This document shows, one piece after another, positions 16,758 through 24,966 of a DNA stretch of 56,242 nt. Origin of the DNA: a virus; the IMG/VR virus record IMGVR_UViG_3300045988_040265, positions 1 through 56,242 of that record. One strand, written 5' to 3'. Within the stretch, counting starts at the first letter, position 1. Each line of letters begins with the position of its first letter. Below the pieces are notes generated by a model. That model saw nothing but the letters and a program-made list of their open reading frames with translations, did not search any database and was not told the DNA's origin. Position numbers and translations under genes: made by a program.

Positions 16758-17357
16758 TTATTCTCCTTTCGATACAAAGATATTAGATTTTAAGATACAA
16801 ACCGGGCGAACACCGTTGACGTAATTGCAATCGTTGCAGCGGATACCGCCAGCCGGGGCAACAACGGCTATCTGATATTTCCAACCTCTATCATCAGTAG
16901 ACCACGGCGTGCAAGTCCACCACCAATCATCAAGGTCTTTATTAACAATAAAATCATTGTACTGTCTTGCTTCTTCAAAAGTTGCAACTCTAACTTTACT
17001 TTCAATCAAATCAAAACGATCTTGATTATCAACAGTTTTTACAGCAATATCTTCTTTGATAATGTTGTATTTACCTACGGCGTTTTCAATAACCGGCTGA
17101 ATTTCCTTTTCAATAATCTTTTTGAGATTAGAATTGTTATAATCAGGAGTATTTTCATCAAATACAACATCCTCTGCCATAAAATTCTTAGATATTACCC
17201 TTGTTGCATTTCCATAATGTCTAAGAACGATAAAGTCATGGGTACCAATCTTAAAAACGTCTCCCGGATTCAGTTCTGACAACTGTACCTTGTTATCCTT
17301 TTCTGCTTTTTCCAACTGCTTGACAAGTTCTCTTGCAATTTCTAATGCTTTGCTCAT
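16758..17357 (-). CDS. DGR target protein 1 (199 aa, C-terminal variable region)
   Basis: C-terminus ..WWWTCTPWS..AVVAPAGGIRCNDCNYVNGVRPVCIL carries VR1. Confidence 0.9.
   Translation of the reverse strand: MSKALEIARELVKQLEKAEKDNKVQLSELNPGDVFKIGTHDFIVLRHYGNATRVISKNFMAEDVVFDENTPDYNNSNLKKIIEKEIQPVIENAVGKYNIIKEDIAVKTVDNQDRFDLIESKVRVATFEEARQYNDFIVNKDLDDWWWTCTPWSTDDRGWKYQIAVVAPAGGIRCNDCNYVNGVRPVCILKSNIFVSKGE
16792..16870 (-). repeat. DGR variable repeat VR1 (core 16805-16870, IMH-like end 16792-16804)
   Basis: 12 mismatches to the TR, all at TR adenines (coding strand). Confidence 0.9.
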
Positions 17358-17374
17358 TTTTGTTCCTCGCTTTC

Positions 17375-17650
17375 TTATGATTCCTCAAAATGCTCCCTAA
17401 TATCGTTTCCGTTATCGTCATACCACTCACACCATTCCTGTTCCTCATCATCAAAATATTCAAGCCCGGAAGCATTACAATAGTTTGGCTTTATGTTGTT
17501 TTTGTACTGAAATAAGTCATAATCCCACAATGTATTAAGAATTTTCCAAGCCTGTTCAACACTTTCAACTTCTACATAAAAGTTTTTAACCGCTCCTACT
17601 TGGCAATTATGCCAAACTCTTAATTTCGTCATATTATTCCTCGCTTTCAT
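17375..17650 (-). CDS. Hypothetical protein
   Basis: ORF in the operon. Confidence 0.6.
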   Translation of the reverse strand: MKARNNMTKLRVWHNCQVGAVKNFYVEVESVEQAWKILNTLWDYDLFQYKNNIKPNYCNASGLEYFDDEEQEWCEWYDDNGNDIREHFEES

Positions 17651-17948
17651 TTATTATTTTTAATTCAGATTTGAGTTTTTCAATTTCTTCCAATTTGTCT
17701 GCAATTCTTCTTTCAGCCCTGTTCCGGAATGCCTCTTTTGCATATTCAAAGTTAGGTTTTGTAAGAAACAGGCAATTAAAATTAGTTATTCGCCCAACAT
17801 CATCTTTCCTTACCGTACTATAGTTGTTTGGAAAAACTCTATCAACAGGCTTGTATGTCTTGGGCTTCTCTTCTGCTTCACATTCCTTAACGTATAAACC
17901 TTTAGGGTTTCTACCATAAGTATTCAAAAAGTAAAAGTATAATTTCAT
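17634..17948 (-). CDS. Hypothetical protein
   Basis: ORF in the operon. Confidence 0.6.
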   Translation of the reverse strand: MKLYFYFLNTYGRNPKGLYVKECEAEEKPKTYKPVDRVFPNNYSTVRKDDVGRITNFNCLFLTKPNFEYAKEAFRNRAERRIADKLEEIEKLKSELKIINESEE

Positions 17949-17949
17949 A

Positions 17950-19884
17950 TCACACCGCCTTAATCACAAGCTCTTTGTCCTGTGTATGCTTTAACAAAAT
18001 TAACTGGCTCTCAACCTTTGGTATTCTCCAGTTGTCAACAGATTCAGCATCATCAATGATGATTGGAATGCTGATTCCAAGCTTTTTCTGAAATGCCATA
18101 CAAATATCCATTTCTGTAAGCATTCTGGCACCATGGTTAAGATTTCTTGAATAGCTTTCTCCGTCTTTGATAAAGTCGCAACACTCTTCAATCTCTCCAT
18201 TAACAAGAGGTCTGAACATTTTCACTTTGCAGAAGTCTAGGTATTTATTAACGTCAGCCGTGAGGATTTCGTTCTTTCTTCTTTCAAAGTCTTTAAGCAA
18301 CTCTTTGATTCTTTCCTGATCTGCAATTTTCTGTTCACAATCTCTCCACTCTTTTGTAAGCTCCTCAATTCTTTCATCAATCAGAACATCACCTTCGGCT
18401 TTAGAAATCTTAATTTCAACAGAAGAAAGTTCCTGTCTAATATCAAGTTCTCTTTCCTTTAATTCTGAATTGATTTCAGAAACAGATACATTTTTCAAAG
18501 AATCCTCAAGCTTGATTATTCGTGCTGACAATTCCTTATACTTTTCATCAGAAGAAATATCCGCAACACTTGGTAACTGAAAAATTTCTGATTCAATTCC
18601 CTTTAACTTTCTGTCCGCTTCAACCATTCTGTCCTCGTTTGACGAAATCATATTTTTTGTGCAGTCAAGCCTTTCCTGCAAATGCTCAATCTCTTTCTTG
18701 ATTTCGATTCCAGACTTTTCAATATTTGAAATCCTAGTTAATTTTTCGGATACAAAGTTGTCCTTTAACTTCTGTATTTCTTCACCCGGAAGCTCCCTGT
18801 GGCAAGTAGGGCAAGTCGTTGTAGATTCGTCAAAACATTCTTCCTTTACCGACTTCCACTGCCCTGCAAGTCTTTCTCTCTCGGAATTTTTCTTTTCAAT
18901 TTCCTCCCGGTATTTTAATAACTCCGTTTTGCAATTTTCTATTCCGTTTGCAATTTCAAACCTTTCAAGTTCCGCTTTAGACTTCTGATTCATCAGCTCT
19001 CTCTTCTGTTTTTGAAGTTCATCATTGGCAGAGTTTTGAATCTCTGAAATTTCAAACTTCAATTTCATAATTTCATCAAGAAAACCGTCATGCTCTTTAA
19101 CTGTTGATGATAAATCTTTCTGTCTTTCAATAACTTCGTTCAGTTCTTTCTTTAATCCGGATCTCTGTAGTTCAAGCTCCGCAACATCAATGTTTACTTT
19201 TTGCAGGTTCAATTCATCAATCCTTGACTGATATTCTGCTGCCTGCTGCTTTAATCCCTTTGTTGCGTTTTTGCCCTTTGAACCATTCAGTACCCTGTTG
19301 CAACGATCTTTAAGCTCTTTAACACTTCCGTCTTCAAACATAGGTTTTAACTCTTCAAAAGAAGAATCCATATCGCATATATCTGAATCTGTATGTGTGC
19401 TAAATACACCATTCAGAATTTCTCTCTGATCTGATGCGTTTTTTGAAAGAAGCGTCATTGCATTGATGCAGTAAGAAAGATTCTCAAAGTTTTCTTCTAA
19501 AAACTCTTTGTAGTCTCCGGCTTTCTTAAGAATGTCATTGATATAACATTCTGTTACATTTCCTGTAACTTCTCCTTTCTTGTTTACATTCTGCCTGTAC
19601 ACCTTTTTAAGCTGTTTTACGGTTCCGCCAATCTCCAATTCAATAAATGCCGTACAATCCTCGGAGTTAACGTCATTACCGTTTTTATCATGCGGTCTTA
19701 TTCCTGTAATTTCCTTGCCGTTTTCATCACGGCAATTTAATATCCACTGAATAATCTTCTTTATTGTTGATTTCCCAGCTTCGTTAATTCCGCATACCTC
19801 TGTAACATCACCAAAGGTTGCATCAAGTACATGATTTCCATAAAACTTAAAGCAATTATTCGCATATATTCTCTTTATTTTCAT
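17950..19884 (-). CDS. SMC/Rad50/SbcC-like AAA ATPase with coiled coil and zinc hook
   Basis: Walker A GINEAGKST, central coiled coil with CPTCHREL, Walker B-like IIIDDAES. The ATG at 19884 overlaps the upstream TGA. Confidence 0.8.
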   Translation of the reverse strand: MKIKRIYANNCFKFYGNHVLDATFGDVTEVCGINEAGKSTIKKIIQWILNCRDENGKEITGIRPHDKNGNDVNSEDCTAFIELEIGGTVKQLKKVYRQNVNKKGEVTGNVTECYINDILKKAGDYKEFLEENFENLSYCINAMTLLSKNASDQREILNGVFSTHTDSDICDMDSSFEELKPMFEDGSVKELKDRCNRVLNGSKGKNATKGLKQQAAEYQSRIDELNLQKVNIDVAELELQRSGLKKELNEVIERQKDLSSTVKEHDGFLDEIMKLKFEISEIQNSANDELQKQKRELMNQKSKAELERFEIANGIENCKTELLKYREEIEKKNSERERLAGQWKSVKEECFDESTTTCPTCHRELPGEEIQKLKDNFVSEKLTRISNIEKSGIEIKKEIEHLQERLDCTKNMISSNEDRMVEADRKLKGIESEIFQLPSVADISSDEKYKELSARIIKLEDSLKNVSVSEINSELKERELDIRQELSSVEIKISKAEGDVLIDERIEELTKEWRDCEQKIADQERIKELLKDFERRKNEILTADVNKYLDFCKVKMFRPLVNGEIEECCDFIKDGESYSRNLNHGARMLTEMDICMAFQKKLGISIPIIIDDAESVDNWRIPKVESQLILLKHTQDKELVIKAV

Positions 19885-20171
19885 GATACCGCCTCCCAAT
19901 ATTTCGCTACACCAGTTGCAATTGCTCTTGCCATGTTTCCAGATGGAAGAACACCTGCAAGCTTCGTTGTGTTGTAGTCGCTGTCTGATGGATGGGAAAT
20001 CTCTTCCGAAACCCTCCAGTTAGGTATTGCAATCCACCATGATTTTCCTTTGCCTAAAATGGTTCTGTACTTAAATCCATTGTACAGAACATCAAGCTCA
20101 AGTATTTCATAGCTACCACTGTACTTTACTTCCACGTCCTTATCTTCATCACTCGGCACAATATCTATCAT
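19881..20171 (-). CDS. Hypothetical protein (96 aa)
   Basis: The ATG at 20171 follows GGGGAGGGTGAATAAG. Confidence 0.55.
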   Translation of the reverse strand: MIDIVPSDEDKDVEVKYSGSYEILELDVLYNGFKYRTILGKGKSWWIAIPNWRVSEEISHPSDSDYNTTKLAGVLPSGNMARAIATGVAKYWEAVS

Positions 20172-20172
20172 C

Positions 20173-20778
20173 TTATTCACCCTCCCCATAAATCCAAATT
20201 TTGCTTCCGGAAACTTCATAAGCAACTTTTTCAAGAAGTGTTCCGTCTTCTTTTGGCTTTATATATTCTCTTGACTGAAATCTTCCTGTTATGTGTATTC
20301 TTTTTCCGCACTCTAAGTCGGATGCCATTTTCGCAAGTCTGTTCCATAAAATAACCGGAACATAGTCTGATTTTTCTCCTTGATTTATTGCAATCAAGAA
20401 GTCAGTAATTACTTTCTCAGATTCGCAAATTTCTTTTGTATATGGAGGTCTTGCAACATATCCATCAAGTTCAACCTCATTTACGCAGCCGACAGGTTCA
20501 GTAACCGTCATAACTTCCGGAGAAACTCTTACACTCAAATGATTTCGCCAGTTTCTAGTTGTTACTGCCCCTACAATGCTTACGCAGTCTCCAAGTTCAA
20601 TAGGAATCAGCCTATCCTCTCTCACAAGAACAGGAATCGTATCCTCTGTACCTGAAATCCTTACAGAAGCAAGATCAAAAGTATAATATTTTGTTCCTTT
20701 TTTTGATGTGAAAGAATATTCCGGAATAGACTTCGCATATCCAGTCACTTTAATTTGATTAATCTTATTTATTCCCAT
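20173..20778 (-). CDS. Tandem OB-fold, SSB-like protein
   Basis: The second half resembles an SSB core (VELDGYV..DFLIAIN..VPVILWNRLAKMA..GKRIHITGRFQSREY). Confidence 0.5.
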   Translation of the reverse strand: MGINKINQIKVTGYAKSIPEYSFTSKKGTKYYTFDLASVRISGTEDTIPVLVREDRLIPIELGDCVSIVGAVTTRNWRNHLSVRVSPEVMTVTEPVGCVNEVELDGYVARPPYTKEICESEKVITDFLIAINQGEKSDYVPVILWNRLAKMASDLECGKRIHITGRFQSREYIKPKEDGTLLEKVAYEVSGSKIWIYGEGE

Positions 20779-20824
20779 TTATTTCCTCCCAGTTATGTGA
20801 TATAATCCTTATGTTATATTTTTG

Positions 20825-20986
20825 TTAAGCATCCATTGATTTCCGGTCATGGGTGCTTTCTTTTATCCTGCACATTAAGAGAAGCACAAGTCCTATCAAT
20901 ATTATGCTTGCTCCAGGTGCAATGCTTTCTCCGTCCATGAAACAAGCTCCAAACATTATTAAAGCAAAACCTATGCATCCTAACAT
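20825..20986 (-). CDS. Possible small membrane protein (53 aa)
   Basis: Hand translation MLGCIGFALIMFGACFMDGESIAPGASIILIGLVLLLMC..; AAAGGAG RBS. Confidence 0.45.
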   Translation of the reverse strand: MLGCIGFALIMFGACFMDGESIAPGASIILIGLVLLLMCRIKESTHDRKSMDA

Positions 20987-21159
20987 TTTCGCTTATCTCC
21001 TTTCACGAATTTATCAACCGACCTTACTGCACCTGTGCTTCTATTGACAATTTTGTAATAGAAATCAGTTTCAGAAACAAATCCCCATTCCTTGGGATTA
21101 AGATTGTGTGTCATTAAACACTCTTTCTGATTTCTAGTTAGTTTCTTAGGTTGTTTCAT
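20980..21159 (-). CDS. Possible small protein (59 aa, MKQPKKLTRNQKECLMTHNLNPKEW...; DUF6906-like)
   Basis: Hand translation; overlaps the downstream start by 7 nt. Confidence 0.5.
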   Translation of the reverse strand: MKQPKKLTRNQKECLMTHNLNPKEWGFVSETDFYYKIVNRSTGAVRSVDKFVKGDKRKC

Positions 21160-21162
21160 TTT

Positions 21163-21747
21163 CTATCTCCCTTCTGTGTTAAAATAAAGATCACCAGATT
21201 GCATATACGGAACCCCAAAACTGTGATAATAACCATTTCTAAAATAGTACATATCTGATGGGTGCCTGTTTTCAATCAAGGCATTCTCAACTGCCTGCTC
21301 AACCTGTTCTGTCCATCCATAGTTTTCAAATCCGCTCCATGTGGTTACCTCATATTGGTTTTTCTGGTATATAACATCATGTAACGTATCCGGAAATTTA
21401 TCACTTTCAAGCCGATTAAGAATCGTCAGTGCTACCATTTCTTGTGCTTCAATACTCTGATTTCCAGCTTCGCAATACACGGCCCTACATAACAATTCTC
21501 TTTCTTCCTTATTTAAAAGGATTCTGTAAACCGTTTCTTCCGTGCTTGCCTGTTCCACAACCTCTACTTCTTTGACCTCTACTTCAACAGGTACAGGATC
21601 TGCATTTACTTCTTCAATCTGTATTTCCTGTCTTGGTTCAGTTGTCTTACATACAATTGCAGTAGCAACCATAACCGCTACAATTCCAATAAATACTACT
21701 CTTTCTTTTATCAATCCCTTAACTCCATTCTTATCTGTGCATTGCAA
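21163..21747 (-). CDS. SleB-type cell wall hydrolase with an N-terminal membrane anchor
   Basis: LLCRAVYCEAGNQS..VALTILNRLESDKFPDTLHDVIYQKNQYE; N-terminal hydrophobic helix. Confidence 0.8.
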   Translation of the reverse strand: MQCTDKNGVKGLIKERVVFIGIVAVMVATAIVCKTTEPRQEIQIEEVNADPVPVEVEVKEVEVVEQASTEETVYRILLNKEERELLCRAVYCEAGNQSIEAQEMVALTILNRLESDKFPDTLHDVIYQKNQYEVTTWSGFENYGWTEQVEQAVENALIENRHPSDMYYFRNGYYHSFGVPYMQSGDLYFNTEGR

Positions 21748-22421
21748 TCATGCACTTCTTCTTCAAGGATTCTCGGAAGCTCATAGCAATCTATGAAATC
21801 GTGAACATCTGCAATGTATTTCCGCTTAATGCTTTTATAAGTCGAAACGCAACCATATTCACGTTTCAACTGATTCCACATATCAGCGAACACCTTGTTT
21901 CTCGTGCTTGCATCCTTGTAAGCGTTACTCTGCTTTCCACCAAGGATGTTTACCGCCTTTCTCTTTACGTGAGACTGAATCTCGTCAATCTCGCATCCGT
22001 AAAGTGGCATATCATTTTCAAGCCTGTCCATACGTTCTGACAACTCTGTATTTCCCTGTGCCAGCAACTTAATCTGCTCTGCAGTTGTCATTGGCTTGTT
22101 GTATCCACCAGTCTTTCTAATTGATGGAAGAACCTCGGATGTCACCCAGTCTGTAAATCTTTCTGCACTGTCCTTACGGCTCTGAAAGATTGTCTTGTAA
22201 AGATTACTCTCATCAATAAAAACCATCTTCTGTTTACCGCCATTCGTAAGGGTATCGGTAGTAACTACCCCCTTTTGTCTTAATCTGCTTTTGCAATCAG
22301 AAACATTCTTAATTTCTAATATTCTGCATACATCAGCTAAGCAAAACATAGGCTCATTGTCTTTAGTAATGGTTCGGATTTCCCCAAACTCTTCATTGTT
22401 GAAAATCTGTACTTCGTTCAT
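21711..22421 (-). CDS. Antirepressor (BRO-N plus C-terminal antirepressor domain)
   Basis: MNEVQIFNNEEFGEIRTI..PMFCLADVCRILEI. Confidence 0.85.
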   Translation of the reverse strand: MNEVQIFNNEEFGEIRTITKDNEPMFCLADVCRILEIKNVSDCKSRLRQKGVVTTDTLTNGGKQKMVFIDESNLYKTIFQSRKDSAERFTDWVTSEVLPSIRKTGGYNKPMTTAEQIKLLAQGNTELSERMDRLENDMPLYGCEIDEIQSHVKRKAVNILGGKQSNAYKDASTRNKVFADMWNQLKREYGCVSTYKSIKRKYIADVHDFIDCYELPRILEEEVHDCNAQIRMELRD

Positions 22422-22424
22422 GCC

Positions 22425-22571
22425 CTACTCCTTTCCTTCTTCATTGCTACTGCTTCCCTTTGCCATTGCCATTCCGTCAGCAACACCAAGAATGTAATTT
22501 TTCTTATTATCATCAAGGTTTGATACTGTTTCTGACAGTTTCTTAATGATTTCTTTTTCCTTTTCGCTCAT
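22425..22571 (-). CDS. Possible first early gene (48 aa, MSEKEKEIIKKLSETVSNLDD...)
   Basis: Hand translation; lies immediately downstream of the leftward promoter and operator. Confidence 0.5.
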   Translation of the reverse strand: MSEKEKEIIKKLSETVSNLDDNKKNYILGVADGMAMAKGSSSNEEGKE

Positions 22572-22586
22572 ATACTCACCCCTTTC

Positions 22587-22696
22587 TTTGTACTTTGTAC
22601 ATTCTTAATATATTACATAGTACATAATATGTCAAGCGTTATTTTTGTACTTTGTACAATTATATTGTTGATTTTTTTCTACTTTTCATTTATAAT
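22587..22696. promoter_or_regulatory. Divergent early/lysogeny promoter region with two identical palindromic operators
   Basis: TTTGTACTTTGTACA at 22587-22601 and 22644-22658 (TGTAC-N3-GTACA), plus a degenerate third site at 22612-22624. Leftward TTGACA (22630-22635) -17- TATATT (22607-22612). Rightward TTGATT (22668-22673) -17- TATAAT (22691-22696). Confidence 0.7.
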
Positions 22697-22721
22697 ATGT
22701 TTTGTAAAGGAGGTGTGACTA

Positions 22722-23090
22722 ATGAAGGATAGATTAAAAGAAATAAGAAAAACCAACCAAGCTTGGAAGACGCAAGACGATTTTGCAGAATTTTTAGGAA
22801 TATCAAAATCAAATCTGTCAAGTTATGAAGCAGGACGCAGAATGCCATCAGATGCAGTTGTACAGTTGATTTGTCAAAAATGTAATATCAATGAAGAGTG
22901 GTTGCGTACCGGAAACGGTGAAATGTTTAATTCAAGGACTAGAAATCAAGAAATCGGTGCTTTTGCAAATGAAGTTATGATGCTTGATGATGATAACTTT
23001 AAGAAGAAGTTTATTGATGCATTAATTAAGCTTGATTCAAAAGACTGGGAACACTTGGAAGAAATAGCAAAGAAGTTATTAAGCAATTAA
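22722..23090 (+). CDS. XRE-family HTH regulator (122 aa, no peptidase domain)
   Basis: QDDFAEFLGISKSNLSSYEAGRRMPS; AAGGAGG RBS. Confidence 0.85.
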   Translation: MKDRLKEIRKTNQAWKTQDDFAEFLGISKSNLSSYEAGRRMPSDAVVQLICQKCNINEEWLRTGNGEMFNSRTRNQEIGAFANEVMMLDDDNFKKKFIDALIKLDSKDWEHLEEIAKKLLSN

Positions 23091-23092
23091 AA

Positions 23093-23116
23093 AGAGGGGA
23101 TTATCTCCCCTCTTTT
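23093..23116. terminator. Bidirectional intrinsic terminator
   Basis: AGAGGGGA-ttatc-TCCCCTCT flanked by an A-run and a T-run. Confidence 0.7.
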
Positions 23117-23211
23117 GTCATATTTATCACAAATAACCATATCTGTTTTAATATCCATGTGTCATCTGTTTTGTTTATAAGGTTGCAAATCTTCTTTCTG
23201 TACTCTTCCAT
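23101..23211 (-). CDS. Possible small ORF (36 aa, MEEYRKKICNLINKTDDTWILKQIWLFVINMTKEGR)
   Basis: GGGAGGG RBS. The longer track ORF (to 23349) runs through the operator region and was not preferred. Confidence 0.4.
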   Translation of the reverse strand: MEEYRKKICNLINKTDDTWILKQIWLFVINMTKEGR

Positions 23212-23264
23212 TTTACCCTCCCAATATCCTTCGGTAGCAATAGTCTTATTATAGAACAAATGTT

Positions 23265-23296
23265 TGTCAATGTCAATTCCCCCTGTCAACTTGACA
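23265..23296. promoter_or_regulatory. Second operator cluster (TGTCAA repeats and a TGTCAA-C-TTGACA palindrome)
   Basis: TGTCAA at 23265, 23271 and 23284, with an inverted TTGACA at 23291. It sits between divergent genes 23211(-) and 23490(+). Confidence 0.5.
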
Positions 23297-23489
23297 AAAA
23301 TAGAATTTAATGCTACCATGTGATGCATAGAGAGTGGTGCCAACGCCAATTAACACCACTCTCGCCAGAACTTGTCACCGTAATTCTTACGGTGATTCTA
23401 TTGTAATACAAACTGGGAGGGGATTCTATACGATTGAAGAAGAAAAACTAAAAAAATTATCTACAAAATTATCCACAGAGAAAAACTAC

Positions 23490-24197
23490 ATGGACGCATT
23501 AAGGCATAATATTGATTTATATGTCGAAGATAAGGGAATTACGTTGAATGATATATCTGAAAGATCTGGTCTATCAGTTTCAACAATATCCAATGTACTG
23601 TACAAGGATTCTAAGGATGTAATGTTGGGTACTGCAATTGCACTTGCTAAAGCATTTGGAGTTACAGTAGATGAATTAGTCGGTTCCCCAACAATGGATT
23701 CCAAGATGCGTGAATCTGTACGAATATGCAGGGGGCTTCCGGAGCATAGCTTATACTTGATAAGATACTTTATAAGGCATCAGAATAGAATATATTCGGA
23801 TATAGCAAATAAGGATGAGTATATATCGGTTTTAATACCTAGATATGAGAATGGTGTTATTCAGACAACCAATGTTGTTGAGCCTATGTGTATATCAAAT
23901 TTGCCTATTTATTCAAGAATAAGAGCATATATAGGTCTTAAGATACCATCAGAAAATTATATGCCATATTATCAAGAGGGTGAGATTATTCTTATTGCAT
24001 CAGACAGGAATGCAGAAAAAGGTGAAAGATGTGTTGTGACAAGCAATGGTGGCATTTATATTGTCGAGAAGTCGCGAAAAGAAAACGAATACTTATCTTT
24101 GGTGTCTAGGATAAAAATACCAGATACCAAGATTGATGATAATATAGGATACATTGTCGGATTTTTGAATCCGGATTTAACATGGGGAATAAGATAA
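23490..24197 (+). CDS. CI-like repressor (XRE HTH plus S24/LexA-like C-terminal domain)
   Basis: LNDISERSGLSVSTISNVLYK; the C-terminal GEIILIASDRNAEKGERCVV resembles an S24 fold. The start is uncertain (weak RBS; the frame is open from 23334). Confidence 0.65.
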   Translation: MDALRHNIDLYVEDKGITLNDISERSGLSVSTISNVLYKDSKDVMLGTAIALAKAFGVTVDELVGSPTMDSKMRESVRICRGLPEHSLYLIRYFIRHQNRIYSDIANKDEYISVLIPRYENGVIQTTNVVEPMCISNLPIYSRIRAYIGLKIPSENYMPYYQEGEIILIASDRNAEKGERCVVTSNGGIYIVEKSRKENEYLSLVSRIKIPDTKIDDNIGYIVGFLNPDLTWGIR

Positions 24198-24207
24198 GGA
24201 GAGAATT

Positions 24208-24930
24208 ATGGAAGAGAAAAAAGGTAAAGGTCTTGCAATTGCGGGAATGGTTTTAGGCATTATTTCATTGCTCGTAAGTGTTTGTGGCGGAGGTTTTATT
24301 GGTATTATCGGTTTGATTTTATCAATTGTCGCATTAGCAAAAGGTCAAATCAAGGGAATGAGTATTGCGGGCATTGTTACATCCGTCCTTGCAATCATAA
24401 TATCTATATTGTCTTTGAGTTTTGGCGGAGCATTGATTAATTCTGTTGCAGATGCAATAAACGAAGATTCTAACTATTCTTCAAGTAGCACTTCTGATTT
24501 AGCATCAGAATCTAATTCATCTAATTCTGAAACCTCGGATAGTGCAACAGATGATAATATATATGAACTTAATGAAACTTTTGATTATTATGGCGAACAA
24601 TTTACATTTTCAGATTTTAAGCCTTATGATTATCCGGACTATCCGCAGGATGGACTTGTGTATTATATTGTTACATTAACTGTAACGAACAATAGCGAAA
24701 GTCCTATTTATATAAGCCAGTATGATTTTAATTTCTATGGCGATAATCAAGCTGGTGATCTCTTTAACCTTCCTTCTGACTGTGATTTCAGTGATGCTGA
24801 TCTGTCAACCGGGAAAACAAAAACTGGTCATTTAATTTTTGAAGTTCCGGAAGGAAGCGAACATATAACAATTGAATATATGCCAAACGAATTATTTACA
24901 AACGAAGTTGTGGTATTCAATATGCAATAA
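24208..24930 (+). CDS. Membrane protein, DUF4190-like N-terminus plus DUF4352-like Ig-fold C-terminus (lysogeny-expressed; exclusion candidate)
   Basis: GLAIAGMVLGIISLL.. TM helices, Ser-rich linker, YYIVTLTVTNNSESPIYIS..GKTKTGHLIFEVPEGS. Confidence 0.75.
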   Translation: MEEKKGKGLAIAGMVLGIISLLVSVCGGGFIGIIGLILSIVALAKGQIKGMSIAGIVTSVLAIIISILSLSFGGALINSVADAINEDSNYSSSSTSDLASESNSSNSETSDSATDDNIYELNETFDYYGEQFTFSDFKPYDYPDYPQDGLVYYIVTLTVTNNSESPIYISQYDFNFYGDNQAGDLFNLPSDCDFSDADLSTGKTKTGHLIFEVPEGSEHITIEYMPNELFTNEVVVFNMQ

Positions 24931-24936
24931 AAAAAC

Positions 24937-24960
24937 AGGCAGAGGATAAACCCTCTGCCT
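24937..24960. terminator. Bidirectional intrinsic terminator between the lysogeny module and the endolysin
   Basis: AGGCAGAGG-ataaac-CCTCTGCCT with flanking A and T runs. Confidence 0.75.
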
Positions 24961-24966
24961 TTAATA

